A stretch of 64,000 nucleotides of DNA from assembly GCF_009914755.1 (NCBI RefSeq), contig NC_060942.1, one strand, 5' to 3'. The notes under the pieces are model-generated. The model did not search any database. It had not been told where the DNA came from and saw only the letters and a list, made by a program, of their open reading frames with translations. Made by a program: the position numbers and the translations under genes. This document shows, in pieces, positions 40,448-54,355 of this stretch (position 1 is its first letter; every line of letters starts with the position of its first letter). The DNA comes from the human T2T-CHM13v2.0 reference genome, Homo sapiens.

Positions 40448-41298
40448 TCAAGGATTTCACCCTGGTAAGTAGGAGTTAATCAGGAATAAAACAGCTCCCA
40501 CAACTGAGCTTCCAGTCCTCCGGGTAGATCACAAAACCCCAAGCCTTGAAATTGGATTAAGATGGTCCTGGTCGACTTAAGCCCTCTAGGCTTCTTAAAT
40601 TAATCAGTTTTGGAAAATTCTCTATCTTCTCAAATATTGCTTTTGCTTCTCTTTTGGGAATAACAATTAATTGCGCGCTGCATATTCTCATTGCATGTTC
40701 TATGTCCTTTTACCTACTTCTCTGTATTTTCCATCTTTTTGTCTGCTGTCCATACTTCATCTTGATAGATTCTTTTAACCTAATTTTTAGTTTAATAATT
40801 CTGCTGTATCTAATTTGGGATTAAAGCCATCCATTGAATTCTTAACTTTTGTTATTGCCTTTTTCCCCAATTCTAGAACTTCCAGGTTTTTTTTCAAGTT
40901 TGTTACCACTTTTTATAGTTGCTAGTTTCTTTGCTTTTGAATTTTTAAAAATTTGGCTTTATCGCGTTTTAAATTTCTATACTTTTAATAATATGCTTAA
41001 AATACATAAATCAAAAATTGATAGAACTACAAAGAGAAATAGACAAGTCTGCAATTATAGTGGGATATGATGAAATACCTCTGTCAGTAATTGATAGAAG
41101 CAGCAGACAAAAATTATTAATAATGTGGAAAATTTGAACAGCATGACTAACAAAACTACTTAATGTCCATATATAGAGGTCTGCAGTCAACAACCATAGA
41201 ATGCATATTATTTTTCAAGCTCACACGGAGTATGAAGATGTTGGTTCTTCCAAATGCCTATGAAGATTCAGTGCAATCCCAGTCAAACTACCAGGCAG

Positions 41299-41400
41299 AT
41301 CCTTTTGTAGTTCGTAAGTGATGACTGGGTTTTCACCCTCATGCATGAGATGTGCCTCCCTCGAACCCTGTTATGATGTAGGTACGTTAACCATCTGACA
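41299..41400 (+). pseudogene. U13 (SNORD13) C/D-box snoRNA retro-pseudogene
   Basis: atccttttgtagttc...gtgatga (box C, 41318-41324)...gagatgtgcctccctcgaaccctgtt...ctga (box D, 41395-41398) matches recalled U13. A-rich tail; 14-bp TSD aaactaccaggcag/aaaataccagtcag. Confidence 0.9.
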
Positions 41401-41984
41401 TGAAAACAAAACAAAATACCAGTCAGGTATTTTCCAGAACCTGACAAACTTATTCTAAAATTAACCTAAAAATACTAATATTAAAAGACTGAGAATAGTT
41501 AAGACACGCTTGAAGAAAAATGGATACTAAAATTAAAGACAGAATAATTAAGACACCTTTGAAGGAAAAAAAAAGCTTGAGAAAAATTGGCCTACTCACT
41601 ATCAAGACTTGTAAATTTATAATGATTCAGATAGTGTGATATTGGCATGAAGACTGAAAAATAGACCAATGGAACAGGGGACATAAGCCAAGTATTTATT
41701 TATATGTGTATATTAGTATATAAGTATATATAAATATTGGGAAAAGGCTATCTTTTCAATAAATAACGCCAGGACAATTTGATATCCATAAAGGAAAAAA
41801 TGAAATAGGATCCTTTTCTCACACTATATATAAAAGATAATTCTAGGCAGTCAGTAGACCTAAGTGTGAATGGCAAAGTGGAAAAGCTTTTCGAAGGTAA
41901 TACAGGTGAATGCCTTCAAGACTTCAGAGTGTGGAAAAACAAGACTCAGAAAGCTCTAACTATAAAATAAAGGATTGATGTATT

Positions 41985-43229
41985 TGTTTTTAAGACAATA
42001 TTAACTACTTTTATTTATATATTTTAGTAATTATTGATTTTCATTAATATTATTTTAATTGATAAATCACAATATACATTTATGGGGTACAATGTGATGT
42101 TTTGATACATGTATACAAAAAGGAATTACTAAATCAATCTAATTAGCATATCTAGCACCTCTGTTTTTGTGGTGAGACATTTGGAATTTACTGTCTTAGG
42201 TTTTTTGAAATGTATAATACATTATTATGTAATGTGCAATAGACCTCAAAAACTTATTCTTCCTGTTGAACTGAAACTTTGTACTCTTTGACCAATATCT
42301 CCCTATTCCCTCCCTACTTCCCTGCACCCCCCAGCCTCCAGTAACCATCATTCTATTTTCCACTTCTGTGAGTTTGGCTTTTTTAGATCCCACGTAAGTG
42401 AGATTGTACAGTGTCTGTCTTTCTGTGCCTACCTTAATTCACTTAACCTAATGTCTTCCAGGTTCATCCACATTGTTGAAAATGACAGGATTTACTTCTT
42501 TATAGGGTTGAGTAGCAATCCATTAGGTTATATACCACATTTCTTTATCCATTTATCTGTTGACAGATGCCTAGGTTGATTGCATATCTTGACTATTGTA
42601 AATAATGCTGCAATGAACATGGGAGTACAGGTAGCCCTTAGACATTGATTTAAGTTCCTTTGGATATATACCCAGCAGTGGGATGGCTGGATCATTTGGT
42701 TGTTCTATTTTAAGTTTTTTGAGGAACTTCCATACCATTTTACAGAATGGCTATAATAATTTATATCCAGCAATAGGGTACAAGGGTTTCCTTTTCTTCA
42801 CATCCTTGCCAATGTTAATCTTTCCTCAGTTTGGTAAATAGCCATTCTCACAGGTGTGAGGTGATATCTCATTATGGTCTTAATTTGCATTTCTCTGATG
42901 ATTAGTGATGTTGAGCATTTTCTTCATGAACCTGTTGGCCATTTGTATGTCTTCTTTTGAGAACTATATATTCAGATCCTTTGCCCATTTTTAAAATTGG
43001 GTAATTAGTTTTTTTGCTCTGGAGTTGTTTAGGTTCTTTATGTATTTTGGCTATTAACCTCTTGCCAGGTACATGATTTGCAAATATTTTCTCTCATTCT
43101 GTGGATTGTCTCTTCCTTCTGTTAATCGTTTCATTTGCTATGCAGCAGCTTTTTAGTTTGATACTATCCATTTGTCTATTTTATATATATATAAATTTTG
43201 TTGCCTGTGTTTTCGGATATCTATATCCA

Positions 43230-43284
<55 letters not shown>

Positions 43285-43552
43285 ATCAATTACTGCCCAG
43301 GCCAATGTTGTGGAGCATGTTTTCTTCTAGTAGTTTTATAGTCTCAAGTCTTATATTTAAATCTTTAGTCTATTTTGAGTTGATTTGTTCACATCGTATG
43401 AGAAAAAGATCTAATTTCACTCTTCTGTATATGGATATCCAGTTCTCCCAACACCATTTATTGAAGAGACTATCTTTTTCCCATTGTATATTCTTGAAAC
43501 CTATGTCAAAAATCAATTGGCCATAGATGTATGGGTTTATTTCTGGGCTCTC
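41985..43552 (-). mobile_element. 5'-truncated L1MA (L1MA8/9-like)
   Basis: L1MA 3' UTR (catttatggggtacaatgtgatgttttgatac) plus ORF2 end; TSD taaaggattgatgtatt (41968-41984) and taaaggattaatatatt (43553-43569). Confidence 0.88.
43230..43284. repeat. (TATC)13 / GATA tetranucleotide STR
   Basis: Uninterrupted run read directly from the sequence. Confidence 0.95.
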
Positions 43553-44339
43553 TAAAGGATTAATATATTGGACTACATTAAAATTAAGATCTTTTGCTCA
43601 CCAAAATACAAATAATGAGAGGCAAACAGCAAACCACGAGATGGGAAAATATGTTTGTAACATATTTTTATTTGTCATGTAACGAATAAAAGGTTTATGT
43701 CTAGAGTATATTTTAAAACTTCTTCAAATTAATAGTAAAAATACATGTTATCTAATAGAGAAATGGGAAGTGACTTAAATAAGCATATTACAAATAGGAT
43801 ATCTAAATGACCAAGTAATGTATGAAAAGACATATATGCTTATTATTACTCAGGGAAATGAAAATTGGAACTTTGATAAGGTAACACTGTGTACTTATCA
43901 GATTGGCTAGAATGAAAAAGTTCAACAATTACAAGTGCTGGAAAGGGTGCTCAAAGACAGAAACTGCCATTTATTGCTGACAAAAGAGTAAATTGGTATG
44001 CTGCTTTTAGAAAACAGTCTTTGCAGTGAGTAGAAGATACCCATACCTATTGACTATACCTATACTCCTTGACATGTGCCCTATAGAAAGTTATGCTTAG
44101 GTGTATCAGGATTCATATTCACAAATGTCCATAGCAGCATTGCTCATAATTGTCTATTTCTGGAGTCTCCAAGCTCCATTAATTACATGCCTATCTTTAT
44201 GCCAATATCACCCTGTTTAATTACAGTAGCTTTATAGTCAGTCATGAAATTAAATCCCCCAATTTTATTCTTCTTTTCCAAAATTGTTTTGCCTATTATC
44301 AGTCCTTTGACTTTTCATGTAAATTTTATTATATTTTTA

Positions 44340-44654
<315 letters not shown>

Positions 44655-47121
44655 CCTCATGTAAATTTTAAAATCAGCTTGTCAATTTTTTTAAAGTTGT
44701 CTACTAAGATTCTGATCGGGACTGCATTGACTGTATAGATCAGTTTGGGGGAGAACTGCCATCTTAACACTATTGATCAATCTATGAGCACAGTGTATTT
44801 TTCTTCAGTTTCCTTTTGTGTTGATTTATAGTTTTCAGTGTAGAGGTCTTCTACATTTCTTATTAAATTTATTCTTAAGTATATTATTAAAAATTTTTAT
44901 TTTCTAATTTCTTATTATTAGAATATAGAAATGTAATGGATATTTGTAAATTGACTGTGTTCTATGACTTTCTTAAATTCAATTGTTAGTTCTTTTTTTG
45001 TTTATTCCTCAGAATTTTTTATATACATGATCATATCATATCAGTAAAGAAAGTTTTCATTATTCTTTTCCCTTTATTATGGTTTTATTTATTTCTTTGA
45101 GCCCATTAGTTAGATACCTCAGTATAATGTTGAAGAAAAGTGGGGGTGGATGACTGTCCTTCATTCCTGATCTTGGGCTGAAAGCACTGAACCTTTCACC
45201 ATTGACCTTCACTGAATATGAAGTTGGCTATATAGGTTTTTCACAGATGCCCTTAATTAGATTGAGTTTGTTCCTTCCATTCCAAACTATGAATTTTTGT
45301 AATGAAAGGGTATTGAATTTTATAAAATGCTTTTAAATTTTTTAGTATCAATTAAAATGATGATATGCCTTTTCTTCTTTTTCATGTTAATATGGAGAAT
45401 TACATTGGCTGAGTTTTGAATATTAAACTAAGTCTGCATTCCTGGCATAAACATTACTTAATCATGAATACATTAGGCTTTATATATATTGCTGTATTTC
45501 ATTCACCAACATTTTGTTAGAATTTTTGTGTCCATGTTTATGAGAAATATTGAATTATAGTTCTTTTTTTTTCTTGTGTTATCTTTGTCTAGTTTTGTAT
45601 TAGGATAATACTGACCTTATACAATGAGCTGGGAAGTATTTCCTCTTTCTCTGTTTTCTGAAGGACTTTGTGTAGATTTGGGTGTTATTTATTAAATATT
45701 TGATAGAAATATTATTAGAGCAATCTTGCCCTAGAGTTTTCTCTGTGAGAAAGTTTTAAATTATGAATTCAATTTTCTTTTTTTGATATAGGGACATTTA
45801 ATTTATTGATTTCATCTTGGATCGATTTTCTTAATTCACGTTATTAAAAGAATTTGCCCATTTCATCTACATTGTCAGATCTGTTAGCTTAAACTTGTAT
45901 AACATATTCCCTTATTATCCTTCTAATATCCATAGTATCTCTAGTCTTATGCCCCTTTTTTCATTCCTTATTCTGATAATTTGTACCTCTATTTTTTGTT
46001 TTGCTCAATCTATTGAGGCTTGCCAGTTTGTTGGTCTTTTCAAAGAATCAGATTTTCTTTTCACTTTTCTTTTTTATTGCATGTTCATTTTTTATTTTAT
46101 TGTTTTCTGCTCTTTGTTATATTTTCTTCTCTCTCCTTACTTTGAGTTTAATTTGCTCTTGTTTTTTCATTTTATAAGGTGAGATCTCAGATCACTGACT
46201 CTAGATCTTTCTTATTTTTAACATAGGCATTTAAACACAGTTATTAATTTCCCTTTAGGCATTGATTTAGTTGCAGTCCACAAATTTGATATCAATGATA
46301 ATTTCATTGTTACTCAGTTCAAAATATTTTCTAATTTCTTTCATGATATCTTCTTTGACCAGAAGATTATTTAGAAGTACGCCATCTAATTATTTGGGTT
46401 TTCTCAATTATCTTATTGCTATGGATTTCTAATTTAATTTCTTTGTGATCAGAGCACATACATTGTATTGTTTCAACCTTACATTGCTATAAACTTCCCC
46501 GTTGGTACTGATTTTGTTGTATTCCGTGTATTTTCATATGTTCCATTTCCATTTCCATTTGTTTCAAGACATTTTAGAATTTTCTTCTTAATTTCTTCAT
46601 TGACCCATTGATTATTCAGGAGCATATTGTTTAATTTCCATGTGTTTTTGTAATTTTCAAAGTTCCTGTTATTGATTTCTAGTTTTATTTCACTGTGCCC
46701 AAAAAAGATGCTCGATATGATTTTGATCTTTCTGAATTTGTTGAGACTTGTTTTGTGTCCTATAGTGGAGAATGTCCACGGGCTGATGAGAAGAATGTGT
46801 GTTCTGCAGCAGATGAGTGAAAGGTTGTAAATATCGCTTAGGTCTATCTAGTCTAATGTATAGTTTAACTTCAATGTGTTTGTTGATTTTCTGTCTGGAT
46901 GATCTGTCAATTACTGAGAGTAGGGTGGTGAGGTCCCCTACTATTATTGTATTGCGGTCTATTTTCCCTTTAGATCCATTGATGTTTGCTTTACATATTT
47001 GGGTGCTCCAGTGTTGTGTGCATATATATTTACATTTGTTATATCCTCTCACTGAACTGACCCCTTTATCATTATATAGTGACCATTTTGTCTCTTTTTA
47101 TGATCTTTAACTTGTAGTCTA

Positions 47122-47481
47122 CAATTGACCCTTGAACAACATGGGTTTGAACTGTGTGGGTTTACTTGTATGCAGATTTTTTTCAGTAAATATATTGGAA
47201 ATTTTTTTGGAGATTTGTGACAATTTGATAAAACTCACAGACGAAGCACATAGCCTAGAAATATTGAAAAAAATTTTAAAAAGTTAGATACATCATGAGT
47301 GCATAAAATATATGTAGATGCTAGTCTATGTGTTAATTGACTGTTTATGTAATTGATAAGGCTTTTGGTTAACAGTAGGCTATTAGTAGTTAAGTTTCTT
47401 GGGAGCCAAAAGCTATACACAAATTTTCAACTGTGCAGGGGGTTGGCACCCTTAACCTTTGAATTATTCATGGATCAACTG
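47122..47481 (+). mobile_element. Tigger2-family (TcMar) internally deleted DNA transposon
   Basis: TIRs caattgacccttgaacaa ... ttattcatggatcaactg; TA on the left, TG on the right. Confidence 0.85.
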
Positions 47482-48371
47482 TGTTTTATCTAATATAAAA
47501 GTATAGCTACTCCTGCTTTTTAATTGGTTTCTGCTTGCATGGAATATCTTTTTCCATTTCTTCACTTTCAGTCTGTTGTGTCTTTACAGGTAGTGATTTT
47601 CTTATGGGAAGCGTATAGTTGGGTCCTGTTTTTTTTTTTTTTTTTAATCCACCCAGTTACTCTATGTTTTATTGTTTTAACTGAAGAATTTAGGCTACTC
47701 TTACATTCAATGTTAATATTGATAGGCAAGGAGTTATTGATAAGTAACTTATTTTGCTACCTGTTTTCTGGTTGTTTTGTAACTCCTCTTTTTTTCTTCC
47801 TTTCTTACCATCTTCCTTTGTGGGTAAGTGATTATTTTCTGGTAGTATGTTTTAATTCATTGCTTTTATTTTTAGTGTATCTACTACAGGTTTTGCTTTG
47901 TGGTTACCATGATGCTTACAAAAACCATAGATAGAACAAGTTATTTTAAACAGATGATGACTTGTCTCAGGTCACAAAGAAAATAAACCAACATAGGAAA
48001 ATCTAAAAATAACCTCTACACTTTAACTTCATCCCCTCACATTTTGACTTTTTGTTATCTCAATTTATATCTTTACATATTAACAAGTTGCTTAGTTATT
48101 ATTTTTTGTAGTTTTGCCATTTAGTCTTCATACTAGAGCTGTGAGTGTCCTACATACCACAATTACAACATTAGAATATTCTGAGTTTGTGTATTTACTT
48201 TTACCAGTGGGTTTTACGCTTTCAGTTTTTTTTTGTTGTTGTATGTTATTGTCCTTTTCTTTCAGATTGAAGAATTCCCTTTAGAATTTCTTATAAGACA
48301 GGTCTGATGGTGATGAAGTTTCTCAGCTATTGTTTGTCTGAGAAAGACTTTTAACTTTCTTTTGTGTTTAA

Positions 48372-48765
<394 letters not shown>

Positions 48766-51443
48766 GTCATTCCATTCGTTACTGAACCTGTATGGTTTCT
48801 GATGAGATGTCTGTAGCCAGATGGATTGGAGCTCCTTTATATGTTATTTGCTTCTTTTCTCATTCTGTTTTTATGTTCCTTTCTTTGTCCTTGAGATCTG
48901 AGAGTCTGACTGTTGTATGCCTTGAGGTAGTCTTATTTGGATTGAATCTGTTTGGTGATCTCTGACCTTCCTGTACCTGGATATTTATATTTTTCTCTAT
49001 GTTTGAAAAGTTTTCTGTTTTGTTTTCTCTGAATAAGCGTTCTACTCCTTACTCTTTCTCAACTCCTTCTTTAACACCAGTGACTCTTAGATTTGCTCTT
49101 TTGGAGTTATTTTCTATATCCCGTAGGTGTAGTTTGTTCCTTTTCATTTTCTTTTTTCTTCTCTTACAATGTGTTTTCAAATAACCTGTCTTTAGGCTCA
49201 CTGATTCTTTCTTCTGCTTGATCCATTCTGCTGTTAATAGCCTTTAATGCATTTTTTTATTTTAGCAAATGTATTTCTCAGTTCCAAGATGCGTTTGATT
49301 TTGTAAAAATTATTTCAATCTCTTTGTTAAATTTCTGTGACAAATTTCTGAATTTATTTTCTGTGTTATGTTGAAGTTCACTGAGTTTCCTTAAAACTGA
49401 TAATTTGGAATTCTTGATCTGAGAGTTCACACATCGCCATCTTGCTGGGTTGATCACTGGCTCCTTTCGTTGTCTGTTTAGGGAGACCATGGTTCCCTGT
49501 TTGCTGTTGTTTCTTGTGGACATACATCTATGTCTTTGCACTGAAGGATTAGTTAATTATTTCAGTCTTTGCTGTGTGGCTTGTTTTGGTCTTCTTAGAG
49601 TGTGTTTGCTTAGAGGTTCTTTGCGGTTCGCGTGTTGAGCCCCTTTTACCCTACCTCACTGCCTCCTTTTTGGCAGTAGATGGCACCTCCTCAAGCCTAG
49701 GTTTGCCTTGATTCTCACAAACATTCAGACTGCTGCCCATCCCGATTGGGCAGGGGCTACCCAGGCTGTGTGGAAAGACTAGGTAGGGTTTCATGTCCAA
49801 GGGACCTGTGGACCTTACCACCTATGGTGTGATGCTGCTGAAAAGCTGCACTGATTTGGCATCTCCTTTGGCTGAGATAAACAGGACAATTTCAAAGGCC
49901 AGCGTTGCTAGTCCCATCTTCTCTGTTTTTCTCAAGCTGCCCTCAGGGTTTTTCCTCCTTTCAGCCACTCAGAATTTTTTCTGTGGTTTAGGCAGGAAAG
50001 GTTTTCCAGTGAAGAAATTCGACATGGTGGAAAAGCTAGCTGTCTGCCTGGATCTCACTTTTTCTAATGTAGAAAGTTTGATTCTGTGGGGACTTTTCTG
50101 TGCAGTGAGCGGCAGCTTGGGGAAAGGACATCACAGATGTAGAGTTCATTTCTTGTACCATCTACTCAGAGTTTTTCACCTCTCTATGGCCCTGGGGATC
50201 ATTTTGGCCTCAGATTTGAGTTCTGAGATACTGCTGCTGATAATCTTGGCTCTAGATATTTGTTTTCAGTTTTCCATGGGGGAGAGTGAAGCCAGATTGC
50301 TTCTACTCTGCCATTTTGGTGAAGTCACTCTTCTCAGTCTTTTACATTTATCGAGATTTGTTTTATGGTTAAGGATATTTGTGTGTACTTGTGAAGAATA
50401 TGTATTATGCCTATTTTTGTGAATGTGTTACGTGCACGTATAAAATATGTATTATGCCTCTGTTGGGTTGAGTGTTCTATAAACATCAATAGAGTCAAGA
50501 TAGTTGATAGTGTTATTCAGATATCCTGTGTCTTTGTTGATATTTTGTATGATTGTTTTAGCAATTGTTGAGAGAATGGTGTTAAACTTTGCAGCTGTGA
50601 TTGTAAAAATGTCTACTTCTCTTTTAAATCTGCTAATTTTTTCTTTATATATTGTGAAACTATTAAGTACAAACATAGTTATGATTAAGTCTTCTTAATG
50701 AATTGCCACTTTTAACATGAAGAATTATCACTTTTGTGTCTGCTAATATTTTTCTTCTTAAAATTCATTTTATTTGATATTAATATAGTTACTCCATCTT
50801 TTTGTACTTACTATTTACATGATTTATCATTTCTTTCCATTTACTTTTAGCCTATCTGTGTCTTCATATTTAAAGTTAGTCTTGTGTATATAGAATATAG
50901 TGGGCTCGTATTTTTTAATCTATTCTGACAATTTTTCCCTTTTGAGTGTTTAGCCTATTATTAGTAATTACATTAAATATTGATATAGTTTTATTTGAAT
51001 CTATTTAATTATTATTTTACTTGCCTCTTTAATCTTTCTGTCTTGACTTTTTCGTTATTAGAAGATATTTTAGAATTCTATTTTAATTTTTTCATGATTT
51101 TTACATGTACTCTTTTGCAATAAAAGCATAATTGCTGTAGGATTACAATATATAATCTTATCTTTCTACAGTCCCTTTTCAGCTACAATTGTACCAGTTC
51201 ACATACAGTATAAAAACTTTGCAACCACGTTGCTGCAGTTCTAGAATTCAGTTCTAAAATTTTTATATGTTTGTTTTGCTGTATTTACATTTTTCTTCTG
51301 AGATTCCTATCCTTGCAATTGTTGCAAGCATATTTTATTTTACTCCACTGAGCATGATTACAATAGCTGCTTTAAAATCTTCACTGCTAACTCCAACATC
51401 TTAGGATCAGGATAAAATCTCACTTGATTTTTCTTTTCTTTAG

Positions 51444-51724
<281 letters not shown>

Positions 51725-52699
51725 GTCTTCTGATTTTTAAAGCCCTTACATGTTGGCTAATTTTAGATTATAAGTTTAATATTGTGAATGCAATCTTGTA
51801 CAGATTCTGGATCCTGTCACTTTTCTTGAATGAGAGTTCTTTTATTTTAGCAAGCAACTCTCTTGGCTGGTCCTGTGTTACAAACTCTGTTTCTCATGCA
51901 GTGTAGACTCAATTTAAGATCTTTGTCTTTAGCAGAGCTGCTTTGAGGGGATTTTTTTTTTTCCCCAAATGTATGATTCAGGAGTCAGTCAGCAATGTGT
52001 ATAGATGGAATTTGGAGACCACATTTCTGGCCCTTTCTCTGTTGGGACTGCTCCCCACCCTCACTCTTTCACAGTCATAATTCTCCAGACTCAATTTTTA
52101 GGTTCTCCCGGCCCAAAAGACTATGGTTTTGTGTGTGTTTGTGTTTGTTTTTGTTGTTGTTTTTTGTTGGCATCCTCCCCACCTGGCACACAATGCACTT
52201 ACTGCAATTAGCAGAAGGTTAAAGGTCATGGGAACAGAAGCCTGTTTCCTGCAGCTCTTCTCGTCCTCCTCTCTGGAAGTTGTTCTTGCTTCTGTCCTCC
52301 TCCACCTTCCTGGCCTGCTGCTTCTGGACCACTAAGCACTCTATGTCTTTACTACACCTTGACATTAGGGCCTTTATGTATGTTTGATGGGATAGCAGTT
52401 ATGCCGAAGTTTTTGGCAGAAGGATAGACACATTAGTTATAGCTTGGTAGAAGGAATAGGCAGAGATGTTCAGAGTGTGAGTTCAGAGTCACCTTCATGG
52501 TAGTTCCAGAGTTTCTGGAGAGCAACATAAAGTTACCTCTTTCTTTTTATCCCTCTCTTTTTCTTGTGTTTTAAATTATCCCATTTCTATTGAATTCTAT
52601 AAATAGACTCGTGTCTCTATGGTTTTGGTAAACCTCTTTCTACTCAGTAACCTATCTATTAACACATTCTTTCTTTTCTTCACTTGAAAATATTGCTTC

Positions 52700-53240
52700 T
52701 TTCATGACCTCCAGATTTTAATCTTCTGTTTTATCTTTAAACTTCTGAAATCAGGCTTTCACGATCACCATTTCAAACTGCTTTTGCTCCAGACTGCCAG
52801 AGACTACCTAAAAGCCAAACCCAACAGATACCATTAATTCTTGTCTTATGCAATTTCCCTGCTACACTTTCCAAGGTGGTTTCTTTTCTTTAAGTCTCAT
52901 TTTCTGACTTTATGACACTAATTCTCAAGTATCCATTGTGAATAACTTTTTCTTCACTTTTCCATTCAATCTGAATATTCCAAATGATTTAATTCTCATG
53001 ACTTTTCCTTTTTTTTTTTTTTTTAAATCCCACATATTCTCCCTGGACAATCTCATGTATACCCATGGCTCAATTGCCACCCTATTGGGGGCTTTCATAA
53101 CTAGTTTTCTAGCTATCGTGGACTGGTCCTTGCCTGCCTGTCATTCTTCACTTTCTACCACACTTTTATATACACCTGCTCTCTCAGCATCTTCAGCTAC
53201 TGGAGCTACCCTGAACGATCTTGCAATTTCCACTGCCTGT
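52700..53240 (+). mobile_element. L2 fragment
   Basis: atcaggctttcacgatcaccatttcaaactgcttttgc...gactacctaaaagccaaacccaac; tccctggacaatctcatgtatacccatggct. Confidence 0.6.
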
Positions 53241-53252
53241 GCTGCTCTTTTA

Positions 53253-53738
53253 CAGGAGTCTGCAACCCCTGGGCCATGGACCAGTACTGGTCTGTGGCCT
53301 CTTAGGAACCAGGCCGCACAGCAGTAGGTGGGTGGCAGGTGAGTGAGCATTACTGCCTGAGCTCTGCCTCCTGTCAGATCACTGGTGGCATTAGATTCTC
53401 ACAGGAGCATGAACCCTATTGTAAACTGCACATGTGAGGGGTCTAGGTTGTGTGCTCCTTATGAGAATGTAATGTCTGATAATTTGTGACTGTCTCCTGT
53501 CACCCCGCAGATGGGAACATCTAGTTGCAGGAAAATAAACTCAGGGCTCCCACTGATTCTGCATTATGGTGAGGTGTATATTATTTCATTATCTATTACA
53601 ACATAATCATAATGGAAATAAAGTGCACAATAAATGTAATGCGCTTGAATCGTCCTGAAACCATCCCACCCTCAAATCTGTGGAAAAATTGTCTTCTGTG
53701 AAACTCATTCCTGGTGTCAAAAAGGTTGGGGATTGCTA
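53253..53738 (+). mobile_element. MER1A hAT-Charlie DNA transposon
   Basis: caggagtctgcaacccctgggccatggaccagtactgg...aaaaaggttggggattgcta; perfect 8-bp TSD ctctttta (53245-53252, 53739-53746). Confidence 0.93.
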
Positions 53739-53800
53739 CTCTTTTACATTTAATAGTGCATCTGGATTAAGGGTCTTCCCTTAATCTAAGGATTATCCCC

Positions 53801-54178
53801 TGTTTTACTCCGTTTAGTGTTGTTACAACAGAATGCCTGAGGCTGGGCAATTTATAAAGAGAAATTTGTTTAGTTCATGATTTTGGTGGCTGCAAGGTTC
53901 ATGATTGAGCAGCTACTTCTGGTGAGGGCCTCAGGCTGCTTCCATTCATGGTGGAAAGCGGGAAAGCAGGCAAGTGCAAAGAGATCACACGGCACAAGAG
54001 GAAGCAAGCGAGAAAAGCGGAGGAAGCCAGCCTCTTTTTAACAGTTCATTCGTGTGGGAACTCATCCATTCCTGTGAGAGAGACAGAACTCACTCACCCC
54101 CATGAGAGGGTATTCATCTATTCCTGAGGAATTTGTCCCCATGACCCAAACTCCTCTCTAGGACCAACCTCCAAACAC
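53801..54178 (-). mobile_element. MaLR LTR (MSTB-like), 5' end missing
   Basis: aatgcctgaggctgggcaatttataaag...cttctggtgagggcctcaggctgcttcca...catgacccaaac. Confidence 0.85.
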
Positions 54179-54179
54179 T

Positions 54180-54355
54180 CATTTAACTTGCATAACAAAC
54201 CCATAAGTGAAATATTGCTATTATTTCTGAATTATAACAAGAAAATAAAAGCTCAGTCTTCTTAATGGCTAGCCCAGGTTCACAAGGCAGTGGGGAATGG
54301 GCCAAGACTCAAATCGATGCTTCAGATGTCAAGGTCCACTTTACTTCCACTAGGT
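54180..54355 (-). mobile_element. MIR
   Basis: catttaacttgcataacaaaccc...gcccaggttcacaag...aagactcaaatc. Confidence 0.6.

Larger units (their letters stand above)
40975..44150 (+). mobile_element. Old L1M ORF2 fragments, host of the U13 retrocopy and an L1MA
   Basis: aaatagacaagtctgcaattatagtggga (endonuclease region), attcagtgcaatcccagtcaaa, atagaccaatggaacag, ggactacattaaaattaag. Confidence 0.8.

Noticed and set aside
43530-44200. Apparent continuity between the L1MA 5' end (43552) and the minus-strand L1 starting at 44151
   Set aside because: The L1MA has its own TSD, and the downstream L1 looks more diverged. I treated it as coincidence between separate elements.
46690-47052. ORF with an endonuclease-like motif
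   Set aside because: Frameshifted L1 ORF2 relic, not an intact gene.
49793-50422. Longest ORF (209 aa, + strand)
   Set aside because: It runs antisense through an L1 5'-UTR-like region and across a repeat junction. No recognisable domain; consistent with a chance ORF.
53765-53786. Hairpin gattaaggg-tctt-cccttaatc
   Set aside because: A 9-bp stem is expected by chance in 64 kb, and there is no supporting context.
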